DNA from: an uncultured delta proteobacterium
GTDB lineage: Bacteria > Myxococcota_A > Polyangia > Polyangiales > JAFGIB01
Assembly (NCBI GenBank): GCA_963778655.1
Contig: CAVZVA010000010.1
Coordinates: 768,001-832,000 of the forward strand
Length of the DNA: 64,000 bases
Direction of reading: 5' to 3'
Of this stretch, positions 47,674 to 55,621 are shown one piece after another. The notes below the pieces were generated by a model. It was not told the origin of the DNA. It ran no database searches and saw only the letters and a program-made list of their open reading frames with translations. Made by a program: the position numbers and the translations under genes. Position 1 is the stretch's first letter. Every line of letters starts with the position of its first letter.

Positions 47674-48609
47674 CTAGGCGACTTCGACGGCCTTACGCAT
47701 GAACAGGTCCTCGAGGGTTTCGCGGTAGGGGATGACCGCGAGCACCTGAGCGCCGCGCTCGATCGCGAGCTTGAGCAGGGCGGGCACCTTGGTGTCGCCT
47801 TCGACCACGATCATCAAACGCTGGTGCAGCTCGCGCACCTCGGCGGCCTGTGCTGCCAGCTCGCTGCGCAGGGCGTCGGTCACGCTCGCCAGCTCGATCT
47901 CCACCCGCCGCACCTCGGGCTTGAGCAGCTCGTGCAACGTGCCGTAGGCCCTGATCGTACCGCGCTGCACCACAGCCACGCGATCGCACAGCATCTCCAC
48001 GTCGCTCAGCACGTGGCTGGTGAACAGCAGGGTACGCCCGAGCGTGCGCTGCTCGAGCAGGATGTCGCGGATGTCCTTGCGGCCGATCGGGTCGAGCCCG
48101 CTGAATGGCTCGTCGAAAATCAGCAGCTCGGGCTCGTGCAGCAGCGCCTGGCACACGCCCAGCCGCTGCATCATGCCCTTGGAGAAGCGGCCGATCGGCC
48201 GGTCGGCCGCGTGCCCCAGGCCCAACCGCTCCATCAGCGCGCGCGAGCGCGACGTGCGCGCTGCGTGGTCCAGCCCGGTCAGCCGCCCGCACAGGTCCAG
48301 GAACTCGAGCGGCTTGAGGTAGGTGTAGATGTAGGGGTTCTCCGGCAGGTAGCCGAGCCGCTGCCGCGCCACCGGGTCGCCCGTGGGCACGCCGAAGATC
48401 TTGACCCCTCCGCGGTCGGGGTAGATCAGCTGCAGCGCCATCTTGATCGTGGTGGTCTTGCCCGCGCCGTTGGGACCCACGAAGCCGAAGATCTCGCCCT
48501 TACGCACTTCGAAGCTGATCCCGCGCACGGCCTCGATACGCTTGCGCAGGAAGCCGATGCGAAAGGTCTTGTAGAGGTCGCTGACCTCGAGAATGGGTCC
48601 GGTGCTCAC
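47674..48609 (-). CDS. ABC-2-type ATP-binding protein resembling myxobacterial PilH
   Basis: KTFRIGFLRK, GPNGAGKTT, GYLPENPY, FSKGMMQR, DEPFSGLDPIGR. Start 48609 or 48627. Confidence 0.88.
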   Translation of the reverse strand: MSTGPILEVSDLYKTFRIGFLRKRIEAVRGISFEVRKGEIFGFVGPNGAGKTTTIKMALQLIYPDRGGVKIFGVPTGDPVARQRLGYLPENPYIYTYLKPLEFLDLCGRLTGLDHAARTSRSRALMERLGLGHAADRPIGRFSKGMMQRLGVCQALLHEPELLIFDEPFSGLDPIGRKDIRDILLEQRTLGRTLLFTSHVLSDVEMLCDRVAVVQRGTIRAYGTLHELLKPEVRRVEIELASVTDALRSELAAQAAEVRELHQRLMIVVEGDTKVPALLKLAIERGAQVLAVIPYRETLEDLFMRKAVEVA

Positions 48610-48666
48610 GCTCGCGGAGAATATCACGACATCGAGGCCGACCGGGAGATGCGGCTGGGACGGGCT

Positions 48667-49758
48667 TCAGCCGAGCACGGCCTGCACCGCGTCGATCACC
48701 TGCTGCTGCTCGGCTTCGCGCATGCCGGGAAAGAGCGGCAGCGCCAGCCCGTCGCGAGCGATCCGGGCCGAGCGCTCGAACGTGCGGCCCGCCTCGCGTG
48801 CGGCCTGCGCGTAGGGCGCCAGGTGCGGCAGCCCGTGCAGCGCGTAGCTGAGCGCGCCGGCCTGCACCCCACGCGCGCCCAACGCGTCGATCACGCGCTG
48901 GCGCTCGCCGCTCGCGTGCAGCACCACGCCGAAGGTCTGGTGGTTCGGCTGCGCGCCCGGCGCAGCGTGCTGCAGCGACAGCGGCAAGCCCGTGAACGCC
49001 TGCTGGTAGCGCGCAGCCAGCGCCACCCGCGCATCGACGATCGCCTGCAAGCGCGTCATCTGCACCACGCCGGCCGCTGCCGCGAGCTCGGTCATGCGGT
49101 GATTGCCCGAGGCGCGCGCGAAGGTTCCGGGCGCGGACTGGCCGTGGTTGCGCAGCTCGCGCAGGCGCTGCGCCAGCACGGCGTCGTCGGTCAGGCACAT
49201 GCCGCCTTCCCCGGTGGTGATCACCTTGCGCGGATGGAAGCTGGTGCACGCGATCACGCCGCCCGCGCCGCAGGGCACGCCGCGGCGGCGACTGCCCAGG
49301 CTGCAGGCGGCATCGACGATCAGCGGCACCTCGCCCAGCAGTGCCGCGATCTCGGTCACGCGCGCGGGGTTGCCGAGCTGGTCGATCACGATCGCGGCGC
49401 GGGGTTGCGGCGAAAGCCCGCGCGCCACCTCGTCGGGGCCCGCGTTCCATTCATCGGCGTCCACATCGAGCAGCACCGGCACCGCGCCGCACTCGAGGAT
49501 CGCGTGCGCCGGGCTCGGCCAGGTCAGATCCGGGCACAGCACGCGGTCGCCGCGGCCGACGCCGATCGCCAGCAGCGCGAGCCGAAGCGCCGTGGTTCCG
49601 TTGGTGACGGCGACGGCGTGGGCGCGCTCCACCTGCGCGGCCACCGCGGCCTCGAACTGCGCGACGCGCGCGCCTTGCACCAACATGCCGGAGTCGAGCA
49701 CCTCGCCCACGGCGGTGTGCTCCTCGGCGCCCAACCAGGGCCGTGTCAGCGGGATCAT
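48667..49758 (-). CDS. DegT/DnrJ/EryC1/StrS aminotransferase
   Basis: VTNGTTALRLAL, IVDAACSLG, SFHPRKVITTGEGG, NHRMTE. Confidence 0.93.
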   Translation of the reverse strand: MIPLTRPWLGAEEHTAVGEVLDSGMLVQGARVAQFEAAVAAQVERAHAVAVTNGTTALRLALLAIGVGRGDRVLCPDLTWPSPAHAILECGAVPVLLDVDADEWNAGPDEVARGLSPQPRAAIVIDQLGNPARVTEIAALLGEVPLIVDAACSLGSRRRGVPCGAGGVIACTSFHPRKVITTGEGGMCLTDDAVLAQRLRELRNHGQSAPGTFARASGNHRMTELAAAAGVVQMTRLQAIVDARVALAARYQQAFTGLPLSLQHAAPGAQPNHQTFGVVLHASGERQRVIDALGARGVQAGALSYALHGLPHLAPYAQAAREAGRTFERSARIARDGLALPLFPGMREAEQQQVIDAVQAVLG

Positions 49759-49957
49759 CGGGGGATTGTAGAACAGGGCGAGCCCGACGGGCGGTTCGGG
49801 ATCTGTCCTACGCGCGCGATTTCGGTCATGCTCGAGCGTCGTCGATGCCCGGCCCAGACGCCAGCAGGCCGCCAAGCGCGGTCTCTTTACCCCGGGGGGC
49901 ACGGCGCCCTGCCCGCCCTGCCGGCGAAGCCATCCGGGTCCCACCAAGAGCCCCAGC

Positions 49958-51133
49958 GTGAACAGCTACGGCATCGTCATGTCGGGCGGCGGCGCGCGCG
50001 GCGCCTACGAGGTCGGGGTTCTCGGCTACCTGTACCGCGAGTTCCCGCAGCGCTACGGCCGGCCGCCGCGCTTCGACGTGATCAGTGGCACCAGCGTCGG
50101 CGCGGTCAACTCCACTGCGCTCGCCGCCACCGCCAACGACCCGGCCACCGGGATGATGCTGCTTTCGGACGTGTGGCTGAACCAGGACCTGCGCGACGTG
50201 CTGCACTTCAACCTGCGCCAGGCCACGCGCCTGTATCGGGTGTGGCTGGGCGGCGGCGTGGCCGCCGGCATTTTCGACCCGCGGCCGCTGGCCAAGCTGA
50301 TCAGCCACAAGATCCCGTGGCGGCAGCTGGTGCGCAATCTCAAGAGCCAGAAGCTCACCGCACTGACCGTGAGCGCGACCAACGTCCGCACCGGCCGCTC
50401 CACCGTGTACATCGACCGCGCGCCGGGCGTGCGGCTGCCGCGGAGCGGCCCGCGCGTCGTGATCCAGCCGACCCACATCCTGCCGCAGCACGTGCTGGCA
50501 TCGGCGGCCATGCCGCTGGTGTTTCCGCCGGTTCGTATCGGAAACGATTACTTCTGCGACGGAGGTATCCGGCTCAATACGCCGACGTCGCCCTCGGTGC
50601 ATCTGGGCGTGGACCACATGTTCGTGATCGGCGTCACCACCCCCAACCGCCAGACCGAGATCCACATGGGCCGGACCCCGGGCGCCTCGTTTCTGCTGGG
50701 CAAGGCGGTCGACGCGCTGATGCTCGACCACATCGAGCACGACGTGGAGCGGCTCAACCTGATCAACGACCTGCTGCACGACGCGACCACCGCCTGCGGG
50801 CCGGACTTCCTGACCAAGCTCAATGCCGTGGCCGACGCGCGCGGCCGGGTCTCGCGCCGCTTCGTCCGCACCTTCGTGCTGCACCCGAGCGTGGACATCG
50901 GCCTGCTCGCCGGCGAGCACCTGCGCGGGCACCGTCCCAAGCTCACGCGCATGATGGGCCGCGCCATGCTGCGCCTGCTCGAGGTGGGGGAGGGCCGGGA
51001 CGCCGATCTGGCCAGCTATCTCCTGTTCGACGGAGACTTCGCGCGTATCTTGATTGATTTAGGTCGGCAGGATGCGGCGCGTCATGCCGACGAGATCGCA
51101 CAGTTCCTCCTAGGTGGCCAAAGTCCGCCATGA
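49958..51133 (+). CDS. Patatin-like phospholipase
   Basis: SGGGARGAY, GTSVG, ASAAMP, DGG. Confidence 0.92.
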   Translation: MNSYGIVMSGGGARGAYEVGVLGYLYREFPQRYGRPPRFDVISGTSVGAVNSTALAATANDPATGMMLLSDVWLNQDLRDVLHFNLRQATRLYRVWLGGGVAAGIFDPRPLAKLISHKIPWRQLVRNLKSQKLTALTVSATNVRTGRSTVYIDRAPGVRLPRSGPRVVIQPTHILPQHVLASAAMPLVFPPVRIGNDYFCDGGIRLNTPTSPSVHLGVDHMFVIGVTTPNRQTEIHMGRTPGASFLLGKAVDALMLDHIEHDVERLNLINDLLHDATTACGPDFLTKLNAVADARGRVSRRFVRTFVLHPSVDIGLLAGEHLRGHRPKLTRMMGRAMLRLLEVGEGRDADLASYLLFDGDFARILIDLGRQDAARHADEIAQFLLGGQSPP

Positions 51134-51487
51134 TTCAGCGCAGTTGCGGCGGTTGCCAAGGTGCCGGCCGGCCTGGGGGCCAGATGTGGACAACAATTTG
51201 TATTCCCATGATTTCACAAACAAAAGTCGGATGACCCCAGCGTTGATAAGTATCAGAAATCAGTTCCGCCCCTATTCCCCACAGTATCCCACCCGGGGTT
51301 TGAGGAACGCGGGCGGGCTCGAGCTCGGCTGGCCGCTTGCTGCCGGGCCGGTCGCGGTGGACAGCCCGCGCCCGGCTGCCTATGCTCGCAGCGCGCGCCC
51401 GCGCCGTGACGGCGGACCTCGACCAAGCGGGTGCAGCGCGCGCAGTGCGCCCAACGCCACGCGCGACGCGACCCGCGAGGACCGGTC

Positions 51488-52822
51488 ATGAGCGACCCGC
51501 AAGCGCAGACCCAACACGGGCTGTCGGCTCTGGACGAGGCGCACGCTGCGCGCCTGCACGGGGAGCACGACCAGGCCTTGCGCCAGGCCGCGTCGATTCT
51601 GACCGCTTCACCCGACAACCTCGGTGCGGCCGCGCTGGTGGCGCGCTTGCTGCTCGATGCCGAGCGCGCGAGCACGGCCGGCGAGGTGGCCAAGCGACTG
51701 ATCGATGCGTTCACTCACCGTGGTGATCTGGCGGGTGCCTGGATCGCTGCGCACCTGGCGCTCGACGCGGGCCACGGCGACGCTGCGCTCGCGCGCATCG
51801 CAGCGGCGTTCGGCAAGGGCTCGCCGCGCGTGGGCGACGCCGCGCCCAAGCCTCCGGCGCTACCGGGCGAGGGCGGCGTCGCGCCGCACTTCGCGAAGCT
51901 CTCGGGTGAGGCCTTGCTCGACGCAGCAGAGAAGGCGGCGCAGCGCTTCCTCAAGACCAAGGATGCCGTGGGGCCGAGCGCGCGCTTGCCCGAGCTGCCG
52001 CTGTTCGGCGCGCTCGCCGCACCGCACCTGCAGCTGCTGCTCGGGCGGCTGGAGCTGCGCGAGCTCGATGCCGGGCAGTACGCGCTGCGCCAGGGCGAGG
52101 AAGGGCGCGAGGCGTTCGTGCTCGCGCGCGGGGTGATCAACGTGGTGCGCGAGGACGGCGCGCAGCCGCCCACGCTGCTGGCCACGCTCGGGCCGGGCGC
52201 GATCTTCGGCGAGATGGCGCTGGTCACCAATGCGCCGCGGGCGGCGTCGGCGATCGCGGTCGAGCCGGTGCAGTTGCTGTGCATCGGGCGCGAGGGTTTG
52301 GAGGATCTGGCGCACAAGGACCCGATCATCGCGCGCGAGCTGGGTGGCTTCTGCTACGGTCGCATGATCTCCAACTTGATACGGCACAGCGCGATCCTGT
52401 CGAGCGTGGAGGCTGCCAAGCGCGAGGAGCTGGTCGCCCGCTTCAAGAGCGAGCGTTTCGAGGCGGGCGACGTGCTGGTACGCAAGGGCGAGGAGCCGAG
52501 CTGCCTGTATCTGCTCGCCAGCGGCGGCGTGCAGGTGCGCAGCAGCGACGCGGATGGCGACCGGGTGGTGCTGGCCGAGCTCGGGCCCGGCGATGTGGTC
52601 GGGGAGATCTCGCTGGTGCTGCGGCGGCCCGCCAACGCCGACGTGGTGGCGCTGCACACGACCGTGGCGCTTGCGCTCAGCCGCGAACAGTTCACTGAGG
52701 CGGTTCGCGAGCACCCCACGCTGCTGCGCGAGCTGTACGACATGGCCGTACAGCGCGACGAGGAAACGCGCAGCGTGGTCGCCCAGAAGGCGTTGGACGT
52801 GTCGGACGTCGTGCTCTTGTAA
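51488..52822 (+). CDS. Tandem cyclic-nucleotide-binding domain protein with an N-terminal TPR-like region
   Basis: Two cNMP domains: FGEMALVTNAPRAASA and VGEISLVLRRPANADV. Confidence 0.88.
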   Translation: MSDPQAQTQHGLSALDEAHAARLHGEHDQALRQAASILTASPDNLGAAALVARLLLDAERASTAGEVAKRLIDAFTHRGDLAGAWIAAHLALDAGHGDAALARIAAAFGKGSPRVGDAAPKPPALPGEGGVAPHFAKLSGEALLDAAEKAAQRFLKTKDAVGPSARLPELPLFGALAAPHLQLLLGRLELRELDAGQYALRQGEEGREAFVLARGVINVVREDGAQPPTLLATLGPGAIFGEMALVTNAPRAASAIAVEPVQLLCIGREGLEDLAHKDPIIARELGGFCYGRMISNLIRHSAILSSVEAAKREELVARFKSERFEAGDVLVRKGEEPSCLYLLASGGVQVRSSDADGDRVVLAELGPGDVVGEISLVLRRPANADVVALHTTVALALSREQFTEAVREHPTLLRELYDMAVQRDEETRSVVAQKALDVSDVVLL

Positions 52823-52831
52823 CCGGTGAAC

Positions 52832-52853
52832 GGGAGGGTCACGCGACCCTCCC
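52832..52853. repeat. Family-A hairpin
   Basis: GGGAGGGTCACGCGACCCTCCC, identical to 41469-41490. Confidence 0.75.
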
Positions 52854-52987
52854 TCGCCGTCGCCCAAAGTCGCCGGGGGAGGGCCGCTTCGCTCCCAATC
52901 TTCGGGATCGCAGGTCTTTGGGCGGCCACTGAATGGTGGCGTTTGGCGGGGCAACCGTTAGAGTACCCACCCGGAAGGGGATTGGAT

Positions 52988-53953
52988 GTGCTTCGCCTAG
53001 ACTGGGGCGGAAGAGAACGCGGCGCTGCGCCGCGGCCGAGCGCGACGCGCACCCGATGCCAGCGGCTGGTGTTTGGCGGCGTGGCGTTCGAGCTGCTCGC
53101 CGAGACCCAGGCGCACGGCGGCGCCGAGCTGCCGGCCGACTGCGCGCGCCACTGCATCCTGGGCGTGGACGGGCGTGCCGCCGCGGACGTGGTGTGCGCC
53201 GTGCATCGCGATCCAGCGCTGCTGTCCGAGCCCCCTTGTTTGCCCGACGCGTATGCGCCCGGCGAGCCTGGCAACGTGGTGCGCTGGCGCGCGGCCGAGC
53301 GCGGCAGTGGCTCGCTGCGGCTGCGTGCACCGGGCCTCGAAGGTGAGCTGACCAAGGTGGCGCCGCGCCGCTACGCGCTGACCGCGCGCGTCGCGCCCAG
53401 CGACGACGGCATGCTCGCGCTGCTGCGCGGCGTGTCGGCGGCGATCGTGCACCGCGAGCGCGGGGTGGTGCTGCACGCGGCGGCCGCCGAGCTGGACGGC
53501 CGCGCCGTGCTGTTCGTGGGGCCGAGCGGCGCGGGCAAGAGCACGGCCGTGCGCCACACACGCCGCGCACGCTGCTTCGCATTCGACCACGTCGCGGTGC
53601 TGCGCGGGCCCGACGGGTGGCTGGCCTGGGGCCTGCCCGGCGGCAGCGCGGTCGACACGCCCGCGGCGCGCGGGGTGGCGTACCCGCTGGCCGCCATCCT
53701 GCGCGTGCGGCAGGCCCGGCAGGGCGAGCCGCAGATCACGCCGCTGCGCGGCGCGCAGGCGTTGTTCGCGCTGCGAGAGTCAGTAGAATGGGCCGACGAC
53801 TCGCCCGCCAGCGAGGACGTGTATCTACGCGCCGTGATGGAGCTTTCTTCCCAGGTTCAGGTCGGCTCGATCGCCACCGTGCTCGGTCGCGACAACGACG
53901 GTGCGCTCGCGCAGCTGCTGGGTGAGCCCGTGCGCAGGAGCGTGCGCTCGTGA
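52988..53953 (+). CDS. HPr-kinase-related P-loop kinase (RiPP-associated type)
   Basis: GVVLHAAA..GRAVLFVGPSGAGKST..FDHVAVL..AWGLP. GTGA overlap with the PqqD gene. Start approximate. Confidence 0.8.
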   Translation: MLRLDWGGRERGAAPRPSATRTRCQRLVFGGVAFELLAETQAHGGAELPADCARHCILGVDGRAAADVVCAVHRDPALLSEPPCLPDAYAPGEPGNVVRWRAAERGSGSLRLRAPGLEGELTKVAPRRYALTARVAPSDDGMLALLRGVSAAIVHRERGVVLHAAAAELDGRAVLFVGPSGAGKSTAVRHTRRARCFAFDHVAVLRGPDGWLAWGLPGGSAVDTPAARGVAYPLAAILRVRQARQGEPQITPLRGAQALFALRESVEWADDSPASEDVYLRAVMELSSQVQVGSIATVLGRDNDGALAQLLGEPVRRSVRS

Positions 53954-54231
53954 TGGCCGCCGGGGCGACACCCAAGCGCAACGAACGCGTGGCCGCGCGC
54001 GTGGTGGAAGGCAAGGCGCTGATCGTGGTGATCGATCAGAAGCAGCTGCACACGCTGAACGAAGTCGGCACGCGGGTGTGGGAGCTGTGCGACGGCCGCA
54101 GCATGGACGCGATCGCCGAGGCGCTGGTGGAGGAGTTCGAGGTCGACAAGCAGACCGCGCTGCGCGACGTGGAGTCGTTCGTGCGCGAGCTGCGCCAGCT
54201 GGGCGCGCTCGAGCCGGAGGCGCGATCATGA
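53950..54231 (+). CDS. Stand-alone PqqD-family RiPP recognition element (RRE)
   Basis: ARVVEGKALIV..LHTLNEVGTRVWELCDG..IAEALVEEFEVD..DVESFVRELRQLGAL. Confidence 0.93.
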   Translation: MMAAGATPKRNERVAARVVEGKALIVVIDQKQLHTLNEVGTRVWELCDGRSMDAIAEALVEEFEVDKQTALRDVESFVRELRQLGALEPEARS

Positions 54232-55592
54232 GCGGGCCCGCCGGGGGAGCCGAGGCGATACTGAGCGCGATCGAGCAGCGCAGCGGCCGCCCGCTGCGCG
54301 CGATGATCGAGGTAAGCGACCGCTGCAACGAGGTCTGCGTCCACTGCTACCAGGAGCAGGGTCGCAAGGGCGAGATGAGCACCGAGCAGATCAAGGCGGT
54401 GATCGACGAGCTCGCCGAGCTCGGCGTGCTGGTGCTCACGGTCTCGGGCGGCGAAGCCACGCTGCGCAAGGACTTCCTCGAGCTACTGGGCCACGCGCGC
54501 AAGCGCGGCTTCGCGCTGCGCATCTTCACCAACGGTCTGACCATGACCCAGGAGCTAGCCGCCGCGCTCAAGGCGCTGGCCGTGCACGTGGTCGAGATCA
54601 GCCTGTATTCGCACCGCGCCGAAGTGCACGATTTCGTGACGGGCGTGAAGGGCTCGTTCGACAAGACGGTAGCGGGGATCAGGCACCTCACGGCGCTCGG
54701 CGTGGACGTGCACATCAAGACGCCGACCATGAGCTTGAACGAGGACGAGATCGACGCGTACATCGCGATGGCCGAGCAGCTGGGGGTGACCTTCGCGCTC
54801 GATCCGGGGCACATGATGCCGCGGGAGAACGAAGATCGCGCGCCGGAGGTGTGGAGCCGCAGCGCGAAGGGCTTCAAGCGTATCATGGGCGATGAGAGAC
54901 TTGCTGGCGCGGCGCCCGCGCCCCGCCCACAGAAGCCTCTCGGCGCCACGTTGTGCGGCGCCGGCGAGAACGTGCACATCGAGCCCAACGGCGAGCTGCG
55001 GCCGTGCACCATGCTCGACGTGCCCCTGGGCAATGCCGCCCGCGAGGGCGTGCGCGCGGCGCGCGACGGCAACGACGCATTGCACGCGCTGCTCGGATTG
55101 CGCTGGGCCGACGTGCACGGCTGCCGCGACTGCGACCTGCGCGCGTATTGCAACCGCTGCCACGCTGCCGCGCTGGCCGAGGTCGGCGACGCCCTTGCGC
55201 CGTATCCCTCGGCGTGCGCAGACGCGCGAACCGCCTACGAAGTGGCACACGGCGAAGCCCCGCACATCGCGGCCGCAACTGCTCGTGATTCGAGCGTCGG
55301 GCCGTACAGACAGGCGGCTGGGCACAGGTTCGAGATCATCGACGATGTCGTCACCGCCGCGGACGATGCGCTCGCGGCCCGCTTGCCCTGGCTGCGCCGG
55401 CTGCAGGGTGGCCTGCCCGCACCCGCGCAGCACGCGCAGCCCGGCGAGCTGATTCAAATCCGCCGACCCGGCCGCAAGCGGCCGAGTCTGGAGCGTGCCC
55501 CTGGTCCTAGCGTGGAGGAGAGCCACGGCGGGGATCCGAAGCGCGCGACAGGTACGAGCCTTGCCGTAACGGGATATGAAGCCACGACCTGA
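54228..55592 (+). CDS. Radical SAM/SPASM peptide maturase
   Basis: CNEVCVHC, SGGEAT, FTNG. SPASM with 7 Cys: CX11GX4C, CRDCX5CNRC and a distal C. ATGA overlap with the RRE. Confidence 0.93.
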   Translation: MSGPAGGAEAILSAIEQRSGRPLRAMIEVSDRCNEVCVHCYQEQGRKGEMSTEQIKAVIDELAELGVLVLTVSGGEATLRKDFLELLGHARKRGFALRIFTNGLTMTQELAAALKALAVHVVEISLYSHRAEVHDFVTGVKGSFDKTVAGIRHLTALGVDVHIKTPTMSLNEDEIDAYIAMAEQLGVTFALDPGHMMPRENEDRAPEVWSRSAKGFKRIMGDERLAGAAPAPRPQKPLGATLCGAGENVHIEPNGELRPCTMLDVPLGNAAREGVRAARDGNDALHALLGLRWADVHGCRDCDLRAYCNRCHAAALAEVGDALAPYPSACADARTAYEVAHGEAPHIAAATARDSSVGPYRQAAGHRFEIIDDVVTAADDALAARLPWLRRLQGGLPAPAQHAQPGELIQIRRPGRKRPSLERAPGPSVEESHGGDPKRATGTSLAVTGYEATT

Positions 55593-55621
55593 GCCTTGGA
55601 TGATCTTCGGGGAGAGATGGC

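Noticed and set aside
47662..51057. 1131-aa + strand ORF and similar long Arg/Ala/Pro-rich ORFs (for example 33204-35699, 36356-38263, 15400-17556)
   Set aside because: These are antisense or off-frame shadows of recognisable genes, expected at this GC content.
53950..55592. PQQ biosynthesis (pqqD/pqqE)
   Set aside because: No pqqB or pqqC is present and the peptide lacks the PqqA EXXXY core. The context fits a different rSAM RiPP.
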